A stretch of DNA of 63,927 nucleotides, counting the filler, from Hyphochytrium catenoides (taxonomy: Eukaryota > Protista > Hyphochytriomycota): assembly GCA_900088475.1 (NCBI GenBank). It is 5 parts of 5 records of this genome, joined end to end, with 100 filler letters (N's around TTAATTAATTAA, not from the genome) between each part and the next. Parts side by side here need not be neighbours in the genome. Positions count along the whole stretch, not along the records: positions 10,146 to 41,929 come from FLMG01002519.1; 4 more parts are not named here. The stretch is one strand, 5' to 3'. Below the pieces are notes generated by a model. That model saw only the letters and a program-made list of their open reading frames with translations. It made no database searches and had not been told where the DNA came from. How positions within the stretch are numbered: position 1 is the first letter of the stretch; every line of letters starts with the position of its first letter. This document shows, in pieces, positions 22,701 through 34,749 of the stretch. The position numbers and the translations under genes are program-made.

Positions 22701-25700
22701 AAAACCCTTCTCCAGTGCGACGCTGAATTGGAGACTTTAGTGCGTAAGATTCAGTCTGATCTACTCTTCGAAGACCGGATACTCAGAAGAGAAGAGACTA
22801 GAACTCTCTCGTCTCTGCCGACGGATGGGGAACGGATGCCTACCTCCATACCTACTGGTGGGCGCTTCTCTTCGCCTATGCGACCACCTAACTCCTTAAG
22901 CTCCTGGCTAGATCTTCGGCACCGAGAAGGAGGAGAGAGAGGGGCTCCCCGCACTATTACCATCTCCCCTCCCCCAGCCTCCTCACTTTTAGAAGAGAGT
23001 CCCAATTTCGCTTCAGCTAGGGAGGACAGGAGAGAAAGCTCTGAGCTTTCTACTTCAAGGGAGAGGTGGCGTCTGGGTGCTTTAGGGCGAAGAGGCTCGA
23101 ATCCTCGAGCGGCCTCTGCCAGCTCTTCCTCCTCTTCTGTTAACAATCTGGCAGGTAGTACAGAGACAGAAAGAAGAGGACTACTCTTCGGAGAGTTTCC
23201 GGAGGCTCTGTCGTCCTCTCTACTCTCTTCTACGAGCACTAGGGCGGAGAGGAGAGAGAGTCAACCGACAAGAGAGTCGTTGCAAAGTTTTTCCCGACGA
23301 AGGCCCTTCCGCCGGCATCCAGGAGTTGTTCTCTCTCCAGAGTTTAGGCCAGGCTTCTCATCATCTTCGACCTCCGCCTCTACCAGGCGACCCGGGGTCC
23401 CAGAGGTAGGTGCCACAACTCATAGAGAGCGTTCATCTTCTTCCTTATGTATGCAAGGAGAGAAGAAGAGAGTTAGTTTGGGACACGGAGAGGGCAGTTA
23501 TAGGTGCTCAGTCTTTGTACCCTTTTTGCAGGTCACCGGCGTGACAGGCAGCAGAGGAAGAGGAATGGTGGTGACCGCCAGGTTAGTGCAGTCTAACGGA
23601 AGAGAAGCTGCTCCTTGGTTCGCTGTTCCTCCTACCCTGTGCCTCTGTGCGGCATGCTGTACCACTTCTATGATCACCAGTTCTTGTCACTTTACAAGCC
23701 TGCTCCCATCTCCTCACTCTTCAAGGCCCACGTACTCTAGCTTTGCCTGATTCTCTCTCTGGGGTTCCCTCTACGCAGTGCTATCGCTAGAGAAGCGGCA
23801 CTGTCCGATCGATCCTCACAGCTAGAGTCCCCCGAAGCTGGTAAGAAACCCAAGCTAACAATGTGTTTTAGGAGCTGAGGACGGGGGTCCCACTGCTTCA
23901 GTTACCTAACCTATGTCTCCTCCCATTCTGATGTTGTAGATCTTCCACCTCCTCCTTCGGAAGGCCGTTCCCTGCCAGAAGATCTTCAGGAGCAATGGCA
24001 GAGAGTCCGAAGGCTGTGGGAGACTCTAGCGGCTGTGCAGAGCTCGTATGATCCTATTTATGACATTCTTCCTATGGCCTTGTGGAGGACCACCAGAGCA
24101 AGACAACAGAATGACCGACAGAGGTAGATAAGGCTTGTTACTAGAATCCCTCTTCCTCTCCCAGCCTCGCTCTACCTTGCATCTACCAATCTATACTTTG
24201 ATGTCGAGGAGGGAAGTTGCAAGAGCAGCAAGAGGTTCTGCGCTTTTCATTCTTGGCTTCACGCCTTACAGGCTGCAACTAACTACTCGTTCTCTCAGCT
24301 CCTCAACGAATGAAGTCTGCAGGGCCTGCGGTTTAGGAGGTAAGGGCATCCCTTCATAAAGCAACCGTATTATTCGTCTTGGCGAAGTGTGAAGAATTTG
24401 AGCATTTCTCGCGTCCTTGTGGTGTGCGCACCCCACTGTCACCTTCTTGTTCAATTATAGTAACAGAGTGACTTGCGATCGTCAGCCTTCTTCATGTATC
24501 AACAGTCTGTTCTCTCCTTCTGTAGGGCACAGCAGCCGCAACTGGATGTGTCCCCTTTACTTTGGCACGATTCCTACCTCCGTCCGAACAGAAGAGGAAG
24601 AAGGGAACAGCCTGACAGATCCATTGCTAGCGGAATACAGACAACCCAACCAGCTGCTTCAAGATCTCTACGACGATGACCCAACCCTGTAAGCTTAGAT
24701 TGCGTATGCCATTAGCTGTGATGATGGAGGAAAGAAGGGAAGGAATGGAATAAGGGGATAGTAAGTGAGAGAAATCAGGAACAGTGTAAACCAAGTAGTG
24801 AGCTCAAGTGCAAAGCCAGCTAATCTGCTTGTGTCAAAGTCTCTATAGGACCAGTAGGGAGAGTCGAACCGAGACGGAACGCGCAGGAAGCAGGACGACC
24901 GAGACCCAGGGGAGCACCACCTCTAGGAGGACCCTTAGTGTTCTTCACTCCTCAACTGAGATGCTCAGTTTGAAGAAGGCACTGTCGTTCTCCAGCAAAA
25001 GCATCTCCAAAGCCATGGAGAAGCTCTTGGCGGAAAGGCTGGAAAACGCCTACATTTCTGAGACACAAGTAAGGCTGAGTGTCAATGTTACCTCGACAAA
25101 AGGCGGACCCTTGAGAGACAGGCATTCCTAGACATTCCTTCCATTACAACTGAAAGCGAATAGGACACAGGGGCAGAAAGAGAGAAGACTGAGACGGAAG
25201 GAGGATGATCAAAAAGGGAAACATAATGGCATGAGGTAGTTTAACACTCCTGTCTCTACCAGGGTCAGGCGCGGCTGGGTCTGCTTGCCAAACAGATGAC
25301 AGAGTCCGATGAAGGAAACTTTTGCTGTTATCTGTTGGACGGGTCCTCTCTGGAGCTCAAGGTCAGAGGGGGAAAGGGTTGCTTTATCTTCAGAAGACGT
25401 TGCTGGGCTTCCCTTCTCCTGTCTCCTATACTTGACCCTTGTACTCTGCGCTGTTTCTTTATGCCGGTGCCCATCCCTCAAACGTATGTGTACAGGGAAC
25501 CGAGATCACGGTGGTGTCACCTAGACCATTGTCGCCTAATCATTGGAAAGTCAGGTACTAGGCCTTCTTGATCTATCGCATTCTCTCGCAGTCTGACGAC
25601 AGACACGCTAATTATGTCTCTATCCTTATTCTCTTCAGACGGCTATTGGCAACACTGACCCGCCTTGAGGAGCAGGCTAGGAGAGTGAGGTCAAGGATTG

Positions 25701-26016
25701 ACGTCTGCAGCGAGCGTATGAACCGCATTGCCACTCGCCATCAAGCCATCAAGGTCAGATCCTAAGCAAACAGCTAGCGCAGCATGGAGCAGAGAGCGAT
25801 CCACAAAGATGTAAACGAAAGAAGAGAATAGGGAATGAAAGCAGGAGCTGGAAGCAGAAGAAGAAAGAGGGAGAAAGGTGTTCTGCTTTAGGCGTCTTAC
25901 GCTCCACTCTCGTCGCATGCCTTTCTGTGACCCAGGATGAGCTTCAGAGGCATAAACAAAGTCGGGATCTCATGGCTGCCAGCACCTTCTCGTCGGTGGG
26001 CCTATGCTTAGCCTAA
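19714..26016 (+). CDS. Large multi-exon protein: coiled coil, SMC5/6-hinge-like segment, Ser/Arg-rich disorder, TAF1-like zinc knuckle, C-terminal coiled coil (5' end uncertain, possibly about 19378 or earlier)
   Basis: Phase-consistent GT-AG chain: ..20094, 20389-20672, 21040-21142, 21384-21545, 21863-22307, 22666-23405, 23532-23581, 23779-23840, 23940-24123, 24272-24339, 24526-24688, 24849-25068, 25496-25554, 25639-25753, 25936-26016. Motifs PPVGPVITLLRTQELKYQLAVETALGPDLLSSFLVFHKED and CRACGLGGHSSRNWMCPLY. Confidence 0.65.
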
Positions 26017-26158
26017 AGTCTACAGAAAGGGACTCTCTCTTTCTCTCTTTGGCGCTCTCCCCAGCGCATGGTGCCTAGTGTGCAACGCGGAAGTACCGCG
26101 CTTATCAAAGTCTTTCTCTCGCGGAAAAGGGACGTTATAAGACTACTATTATATGAAG

Positions 26159-26229
<71 letters not shown>

Positions 26230-26447
26230 ACACCGAGAGATTGAGCGAAAACGAGAGAGAAAGACAGGCAAGCACAAAAGGAATGGAGATCGAGACAGTA
26301 GGGAGACTTTCTTGTGGATGGCTGAAGAACAGCTCGGAGAGAAACCTGAATATGTCACTGTATATGACTGAGGTCTAATTACTCTAATATAATATAAATG
26401 TATCACTAGCTCTTGACACGAAGAAGAGAGAGACTTCGGTCGTGCGG

Positions 26448-26502
26448 TCACAGCGTCAAAAGCCTGCGGTCTGGATATGGATACCAGCTGATGGCGCTGT
26501 TG
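26448..26502 (-). CDS. Paralogous alternative terminal exon of the WD40 gene (S-NSAISWYPYPDRRLLTL*)
   Basis: Pyrimidine tract plus GCAG acceptor in the same phase as exon 28113-28170; the peptide is clearly homologous to it. Confidence 0.6.
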
Positions 26503-27922
26503 CTGCGCTTAAGATAAAAAATGGAAGGAGACGAGAAGAGGAAGTAGAGAGAAGAGCTAATCAATGCCAAGAAAGAGCAAACGATAGACAGTGGGACAGA
26601 GAGGCGTGAACTGCAAGAGACACAAAGAGCGAGAAAAGAGTGCTAGACAGAGAGGCGAGAGAGATTGAGAGAGAAAGAGAGAAAGAATGAGAGAGACACA
26701 GGGAGAGAGAAAGAAAGAGGGAGAGAGAGAGAGAGAAAAGGCGTTAGACTCTCCCCAAACCAACTAGAGATAAAAACAAGCCCGAGGAACATGTGGGTCA
26801 ACGTCATGAGAACAGCTGAGATGAAGGGACCGAGAAGCATGAGATAGAGAGCGAGAAAGAGAGACTGGTAGAGAGTGATGAACATAGTCTAGCCGCGGAG
26901 ACCGGGTATTAGGTCTGAGTAGGGACGTAGGAGACACCGAAGAGAGTGTGCGAACGCGTGGGAGAGAGACAGAGATACAGAAGAGAGAAGAGAGAGAGGA
27001 GAAGCCGCTGCTTGAGGCGAAGATGGGCTAGCGGAGAAGTCCCTGGAGAGCGATGGAACGATAATGCCGCTTACAAAGAGGCCGGAAAGTGAAAGAGACA
27101 ACCACCGAAAGGGAGACAGACAACAGAACGGAACAGTGACAATGGAACGACCGCGAGCGGCGCGGTGAGGCTGCTATTGCCGAACCAACTGGTGGACGAG
27201 CTAAGATGCGTATGCCAGTCTTTATTGACAAGCCATTGTGAGGCATTGAGGTCAAGTTTTCACGTCCTATTCTCCGTTGAGGCGGGTGCTTGTCACGTCA
27301 GCGCAACAGGAAGAACAGCTTCGGAAAGTGAAGCCAGAGCAAGATGCCCGGAGTTGGCATATAAAACAGCTGACGTCATGATATTATCAAGGCACGAATT
27401 TTGTCGAGGAGGAGCGAGTCATGCTGGACAGTTATATGAGGCGACAATGTGAAGAGTGGAGAGAAGGCGAAGGAGATACAGGACGAGGTTATGCCGAATA
27501 AGATGGAGAGACAGGAAGAATGAGACAGATGAAGTCAGTTGAGGCGGTAAAAGGAGAGAAAGGACCTTAGGGCGAGAGAGGGTACAGCGATTGAGACAAA
27601 GAATCAAAGAGGTGGAGAGAGGCATACGGACAGACACAGAGAGAAAACATTTTAAATGACAGACAGAGACAGACAGATGAGGAGATCAGAGTAGGGATGA
27701 GGCCGAAACGAGGTTGAGGGATACATTGCTTTGGAGTTTGGAGCTAGCGGAGAGACAACAAGGAGTTTTGCGCTGAGAGAATCTCGCTCTGTACGGACTA
27801 GTCGAGAGAGCAGAGCGCAGATCTCATGTCGTCCAACCTCACCCCTCATCGACAGTTTTTATAATGGCATAGTCAGGCCACAGCGTTATTGACGGAACAG
27901 CGTGGGAAAAGCCCCAAAGAAA

Positions 27923-27959
<37 letters not shown>

Positions 27960-28112
27960 TCTCACAGCTCGGGCAGCCAAAGATTGTTCAACCCGAGCGA
28001 CTCAACCGCCCATTGACGAGTATAGGTAAGCTCTATTATGATGTCCAATAGTGCTCTTGGTTTTCCAGATCTTCAGAACGCTTCTAGTCGCGATGAGAGC
28101 TCTGCCGATTGA

Positions 28113-29808
28113 TTATATGAAAGGATGCAAGCGCCGCTCCGGGTAGGGATACCAACTGATAGAGCCGTTGCTGTGGGGCCAAAGGGGACGGAAGAGAGAG
28201 ACAGAGAGTGAGAGAACGAATGCGACGTTACGGCAGAGCCAGACAGAAAAGAGAGAGAGAGAGAGACCAACAGACAGAAGAGAGAGAGGAGACAGAGAAA
28301 GAGAGAGAGAGAGACCGACAGACAGAGAAAGAGACAGAGAGAGACAGACAGCGATAGAGATAATTCAGAGGAAGGGGCAAACCCAGGTATACGACGAGAG
28401 AGAGGCGGAGAGGGTGACAGAGCGAGAAGAAGAGACAGGTAGACAGTGAAGGACAGAGCCTAACCAGAGAGCCCACTAGGTAATGACAAGAGAGAGTAGA
28501 GGGGAGAGAGAGTGGAGGAGACAAATGTGAGAGAAAAAGAGAAAGCGTTAAGAAAGAGAGAAAGAGAGGAGAGAGAGAAAAGAGAGAGAAAGAGAAAAAC
28601 GAAGAGATAGAGAGTGTGAGAGAGAGAGAGAGAAGAATGTGAGAGAGAGGAGCAGGAGAGAACGAGAGAAAGAGAGACAGAGTGAGAGGAAACAGGAAAA
28701 GAGAGAGAGAGAGAGAGAGGACAACGCGCGGCTCGAGGCGAATATCGTTTGAAGCAAAATTCGCAGGGAAGAAATTGGAACCAGAGAGCGGGACCGGAAT
28801 ATTAACACAGACAAAATAAGAAAGTGAAAGAGCCAAACATCCAAAAGAGAGAGAGAAAGAGTCGGGCGGGAAAAGCCTTCCACATTCTTCTTTGAGAAAT
28901 AGAAAAGGCAAACAAGAGACGACGAGAACGGAAAAGAAGAGATAGAAGAGACAGAAAGCGCGGGAAATTATAACAAAGGACAAAAAGATGAGAAAAAGAA
29001 TTGCGCGGGAAAAGTCTAAACAATTGAGAAGAGGAAAGCGCAAGAGCCAGAGCATCAGAGAATCACAGAGCGGGCACCCATAGGACAAAACAGAGACATG
29101 CAGAAATAGAAAGGGGATTAAGAAGTGCTTCAAGGCGAAAAACGGCTAGAAACGGAAATGAGCTGGAACTCAAAACTAAATTGACAAATGAAGAGGGTGG
29201 GAATAGGGGGAAGGGAGAGGAAGAGAAGGCGCGGAATTGTAGAGCGAAAAAAGCACTAGAAGGCGGAAATGGGAGCGAAATTGGAAGCGCGAGAACGAAA
29301 AAGGAAAGGGAGTGCGCGAGACAGAGTCCGAGACAGAGAGGTGACAGAGAGTAAATCAGAACAGGAACAAGAGACAGAAGAGAGACCAGGCCAGAGAGAG
29401 AGAGAGAGAGGCATGGCGTCCCAAAGGAAAGACAGAGCAACAAAAGACGTGTAGAGAAAAAGAGGGAGAATAGAAGAGATACACCGCAGAGCCAGAAGAG
29501 ATCGAGAAGACAGATGGAGCGAGACAGAGGGACATACAGATAGCGAGAAAGAGACAGAGAGAAGATGCAGAAGAGAGGAGACAGAGAGAATGAGAAGAGG
29601 GAGAAGATATGAGGGGAAGAGGAAGATAGAAATATATTCTGCACAGAGAGAGAGAAAGAGACGCAGAGAGAGACAGAGAGGACGGGAAGAGAAGAAGACA
29701 GAGAGCAAGAGACAGAGAGAGAAAGAAAGAAAAAGAGAAAAATGGAAAGAGACATAGAGGGAGGCACAAAGAGAGACAGAGCGGAGTGGAGAGAGAGAGA
29801 GAGACAGA

Positions 29809-29843
<35 letters not shown>

Positions 29844-32800
29844 GGAGACAGAGAGACAGAGAGAGAAAGAGACAGAGCGAGAGGAAAAGACAGAGAGAGA
29901 GAGTGAGACAGAGACTGAGAAGGAGACAGAGAGAGAGGGAGGGAGAGAGAGAAAGAGAGAGAGAGGAAGTAGCTGAAAGAGTCAAAGCTGCCGCTCCGCC
30001 GCGGTGAGCTCACCTGTCAGAGACACAGAGCAGGTCGCGGGTAGGATGGAAGCTCCCTGAAGTCTTATAGACAGAGCGGTCTGAGAGCTCTGTGGCAGCA
30101 GAGGGAGAGAGAGACGGGGAGAGAGGAGCGTCGGGGAGGATGGCAGAGAGAGATGAGGAGCAGGCCGTGCTGCCAGAGCTGTCCAACGGATCCCAGTCTT
30201 TCACAACGGAGAGAGGAGCTCTGAGTCTTGGCGGCGGAGTTAGTGGATAGCTGCAGACAAAGCCCACAGGTAATGTGAGGCAAGGTGATAGTGAGAACAG
30301 TCAAGCAAGCAGATAGGGAGGGAAAGTTGGCAATAGGTTCGGAGGAGAAGCGAAGGTCTCCGATGGACATTAGGAGATAGAACGAAACAAGCAAGAGAGT
30401 GGTAATGACAATCATATGAGCTCCTGCTTTGATTCTTCAAGTGATGATCTTACAGTGCAGAGCTATAGCCATGCCCTAGTGGGGCGTAGTATCCCGTGTA
30501 GGCCCTGGGGATAAGAGCAATAAGAATCATAGCCAGGAGGCATGGCAAAGAGTCTCGCTGACCTTCCGAACCCAAAAAATCCCAGTGTTTTGTTCCGTTC
30601 GTGCAGACGAATCTCGCCAATTTGGTATAGGTGCGCCATCATTTGACCGGAGAAGATAGGCATCGTGCCCCTGGTGAATGTGAGAAAGAGCAAGTTGGTC
30701 TCACCCGGCAAGACAGAGCTTGGTAGTAATGAGATTTTTTTTGTTGCGTCTTACCTTCTCCTTCGCTGTGAGGCTCTGATGTCATAGATAATGATGTGAT
30801 GATGGTCGCTGCCCAACAGGACCCGCCTGTCATCTAGGAAGCTGTGGCTGTAGACCTGCAAACGGCTAAAGCTGTCAATTGCATCAAAGCCAAGCTGCAC
30901 AAAACAAGCAGAGCCATTAGTATCGTCGGGAGTTCTAAACAAAGACCAAAGACCGAGAAGCAAATAAGCGAAAGTGGCAGACAGAGAGAACGAGCTGCAA
31001 GAGCGGGAAAGATAGCTGTTTATGCTTCCTTACCTCAATATCCGTCACTTTCTTCCCAGTCCTGGTGTCTAGGAGTATGAAAAGCCCCGCATCTAGAGTC
31101 ATCCCCAGCAGGGCGGAGTCTTACGGGAGAGTAAGTCGGACAGGGAGACAGAGAGACCCGAAAGAGGAAGTCAGAGGATATAGGTTGACAACAGTCAAAG
31201 CATAACCCGTATGGGAGAGAGAGTAGGAACAGGGAGGTATCAGTCAGGTACAAATGAAGAGGCTGTCTTAAAAGGACCGTCCACTCGCCTGTGGGATGCC
31301 AACTGATGCTGCCTATGACGGCCTCCGTCGCTATCTCCTGCATTCTAGTTCCTAGCGTTCCCTCCTTGTCCGTAGAGAGACTATTGAGATCAGTGATGTA
31401 TAGTCTGCGGTCAAAGCCTAAAGCGCACAAGTGAGACAAGGCAGAGTGGTCAAGCAGGAGACAAGGTTGAGAGACACTTATCTCACCTCCTGAGGCTATG
31501 AGCCATGGGTTGAACTTGGAGACAGCAGTCTCTCTGATGAGGTCAGAGTGCAACGGCTTCGAGCCAACTATGTAGGATAATGGCAAAGATACAGAAAACG
31601 AGGAGAGAAGAGAGAGAAACAGTAACAAAGAGTCAGAAAGTGAGCTTGACACTACGCTATTGTCCACGCAATGGACTAGAAGAAGAAAAGAACATGTTCA
31701 GGCATAGGATTTAGCCCGAAGTAGACCTCTGTCCTCTCTCTGTCTCTCTCTGTTTCTCTCTGTCTCTGTTCTCTCCATGCCTCTGGCTAGCTGTCTCTCT
31801 CTCTCTACAAGCTTCACCACTACTTTTCCTGTCCTATTGCCCGAGCTCTCTGTACCCTTTTACCATGCATCTCGAACGACTGAAGAAGTCTTGAGTGCGC
31901 CATCTTCAGCTTCAAAACTCCCAAGTCCGATCCCTTCGCGACCAGGACACTCTCTTCATCTAGCCAGTTCAGGTCCCTGACATGCTAATCCCAATAATTC
32001 AACGTCAGTCGTAGCACTCAATGAACGGTCCATAGTTTGCTGTCAGTCTTCTTGATACCATTTCCTCTAGCCTTTTCTTCGTCCCTCTCAACCCAAACAA
32101 TTCTCTCTTTCTTTTCCTCGCGCTCTATTATCCGCCCTCTCTGACCCCGTCCATCCTCTGGTCAGTAACACGTTTCCCGTCTCCTCACGCTGGACCTTAG
32201 TCCCTCACCCCTTTCCTAATCAGGTTGTCATTGCACATATCCACGGCTGACCGTGTCTCTCCTCTTTCCGGCGGCTCTCACCTGATCTATGGGAATGGTG
32301 ATAATGGAGCTGCTGATTTCTTCCTGGCACGAGGAGAACTGGTCGCCGCCACCTGTTCTCTCTTCGCAGTAAGTGAGAAACAAGAAGTTCTTCCGAGAAG
32401 GGGAGGGATCCTCAGTGCCAACCAGGACGAGATCATCACCCCGCACCAGAGGCTTGGATAGGGCTAAAAGAGACGAACGATTAGGGAGAGAGTGATTGTG
32501 ACAAGGGTAAGAAGAGAAAGAGAACATCCACAAGGATTTATTATGGGGACAGAGCATGAACGAAGGTCAGATAGGAGAAGAGAAAGATAAAGAGAGAGAG
32601 GAAAAGGGAGAGAAAAGAAAGAGAGAGAGAGAAGACAGGGAGAGAAGAGAGAGATGGCGGGAGGAAGCACGGAGAGTGTGGAAGAGAGAGACAAATAACG
32701 AATAGGGCTTCCCCACAAGTACTATGGCGAAGAGAGGATATGAAAGCCATAGAAGAAGGGGGAGAAAGAGCAGACTAAAGGAGATGTCGCGTAGAGAAGA

Positions 32801-33624
32801 ATGAGACTTACAAATGCGCTCTCCCATCGCTGCCTCAGTAAGATTCATGAAGGAATGGCACTGCCGACCGCCGCACATGGGAGACAGAGACCAAATTGGG
32901 GAGGGAGAACATCAAAGAGGGAGGCAAACTCTATGAGTAACCTAACCAAGAATGCCAAGTGGCAAGCAACAAATCCAAGAAGGAGAAGGTCTGGAGACAG
33001 AGAGAGCGAGAGAAAGACAGACAGTTGAATGGAAAGAGAGTCATTCAGAGCTTACAAGGATGGCTTCATTTTCATCGTCGTCCTCTTCCTCTAGTCCTTC
33101 CGCTCCTCCTGCATGGATGATAAGTGTTAGCCCTACACAGCAGAATCGCTTCTTGTCTACTTCTTCATATTTGGTCCCTCTCCCTCTCCTTTCTCTGTCC
33201 TTTTCCTCCTTTCGTTCTTCTTCTCTCTTTTTCTCACTTGCCTTCCCTCTCTCTGTCTCCTGATCTTCTCCTCTCTCTCTCTCCCATCATCGTTCCATAC
33301 CTTTCCCCTCTCTCCCTTCCATTCTCTTTGACTGCGGCACTCTCCTCCTCTTCGCGCACACTCGCACTCTCTTCTTATGTCTCACTCACCCTTAGAGCTC
33401 TTCATCTCATCATCATCGTCCCCTAACACGGCCCTCAGCTCTTCGAACAGCTCCACATCAGGCTCCAGGTGCTCCAGTTCCATGCCCAAACTGTCGAGAG
33501 AGAGACGTTCTCTGTCGTAATCTATGGACAGCTTGTCCAGCAGCAGCGTGGAGTCAAAGGCCTCACTTCCTAATGTCTTTGCGATGTCCGCAGCGCCAAG
33601 CTCAAAGCTGTCAAGCTCTGACAT
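28113..33624 (-). CDS. WD40-repeat protein with acidic N-terminus (about 13 exons)
   Basis: ATG at 33624 (MSELDSFEL). Spliced segments include ERISLSKPLV..LVLVGTED, RDLNWLDEESVLVA, LHSDLIRETAVSKFNPWLIASGGFDRRLYITDL, VIGSISWHPTDSALLGMTLDAGLFILLDTR, VYSHSFLDDRRVLLGSDHHHIIIYDIR and YKTSGSFHPTRDLLCVSDSNGSISWYPYPERRLHPFI*. A few internal junctions are uncertain. Confidence 0.8.
28180..29970. repeat. About 1.8 kb degenerate AG-rich (sense-strand CT-rich) low-complexity tract filling the last WD40 intron
   Basis: Strongly purine-biased plus strand built from GA/GACA/GAAA units; source of the long Leu/Ser pseudo-ORFs in the track. Confidence 0.9.
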
Positions 33625-34749
33625 TATCCTCTTCCGTCTCTACTGTTCCTTCTCTATGTCTGTCTCCTTCCTGACACTCTCCACACTGTACTTTCCCTCT
33701 GTCTCTTGCGCGTCCTTCTTTGCTCTCTCTCCAAGGTGAACGGCGCCCCTGCCTCTCGCTAATGTAGAACTCTCCGTCTCACCTCTACCGTCGGTGATCG
33801 CGTCTCTCTCTCTTTTCTCTCAATCACGCACACTCTCCCTCTCTCTGGCTCTGTTAATCTCTCTGGCTCTATGTGGAGGTCACCCTGGAAAATCGGCAGA
33901 CACTCTGCGGAGAGCCCGGAAAAACGTCTGCTCCGGTCTGTTATTGCAATGACCCTCTAACTCTATCTGAAGCCGGAGCTAGCGGGAGCTTGCACCTGTG
34001 GGCGGGAGCCAAAGACTTCAAAGAGATACGAGGCAACTGCTCGATAGAAAGCCATAAAGACGGGGCAAAGGCAACAATAGCAAGTGAGAAGAGAGAGTTG
34101 CGCTTTACTCTCTCCCCTTCTCCACCTTTCCCCCTCTCCATTCTTTTGACAGCATCCTCTATGGCTCCCATCTACGGCCATTGCCTTAGGGAGTAGCTCT
34201 AGCATTTTCATAGAGGTCTGACGGAAGTGGGCAACTATGGAAGGCTGACCGGGAGAGAAGAGAAAGTCCCAGAAATAAGTTTAGGACGGGAGAGAGTAAA
34301 GAGAGAGAGAGAAGGAAAGAGGAAGAGGGAGATGAGCTATGGGAAAGAGAAAAGCAAGAGGCCGGACTGGAATGTCAATAGGGACAGATCGCACGAGCGC
34401 CAGAGTTCGCAAGAAAGAAGGAAAGGCTGTTGGACTGAGGAGATGACGAACATCTATCTGGTCTCCTCTTCTCTTCTCTGCATCTTTATGATATGCTTGC
34501 TTGCTCTCTCTCTCTCTCCCTCTCTCTCTCTCTGTCCTTCCTCTTTCTCTCTCTCTCCTCTCTCTCCCTGCTGCTGACCGATCAGAACCGTCATCACGCG
34601 AAGGGCCAACTTTGTAAGATCCATCATGCTGATTCCCTATCGGTACCAATATATCCCTTAGAACTGATTGATACTGATATCTATTCATAATAGTTAGAAA
34701 CTGGGGTTACAGATTGAGGCGTGGGCTCTCTCTTCTGGAGCTGAGCTCT

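Noticed and set aside
28228-30013. 301-aa and 316-aa hydrophobic ORFs resembling membrane proteins
   Set aside because: Translations of the CT-rich WD40 intron.
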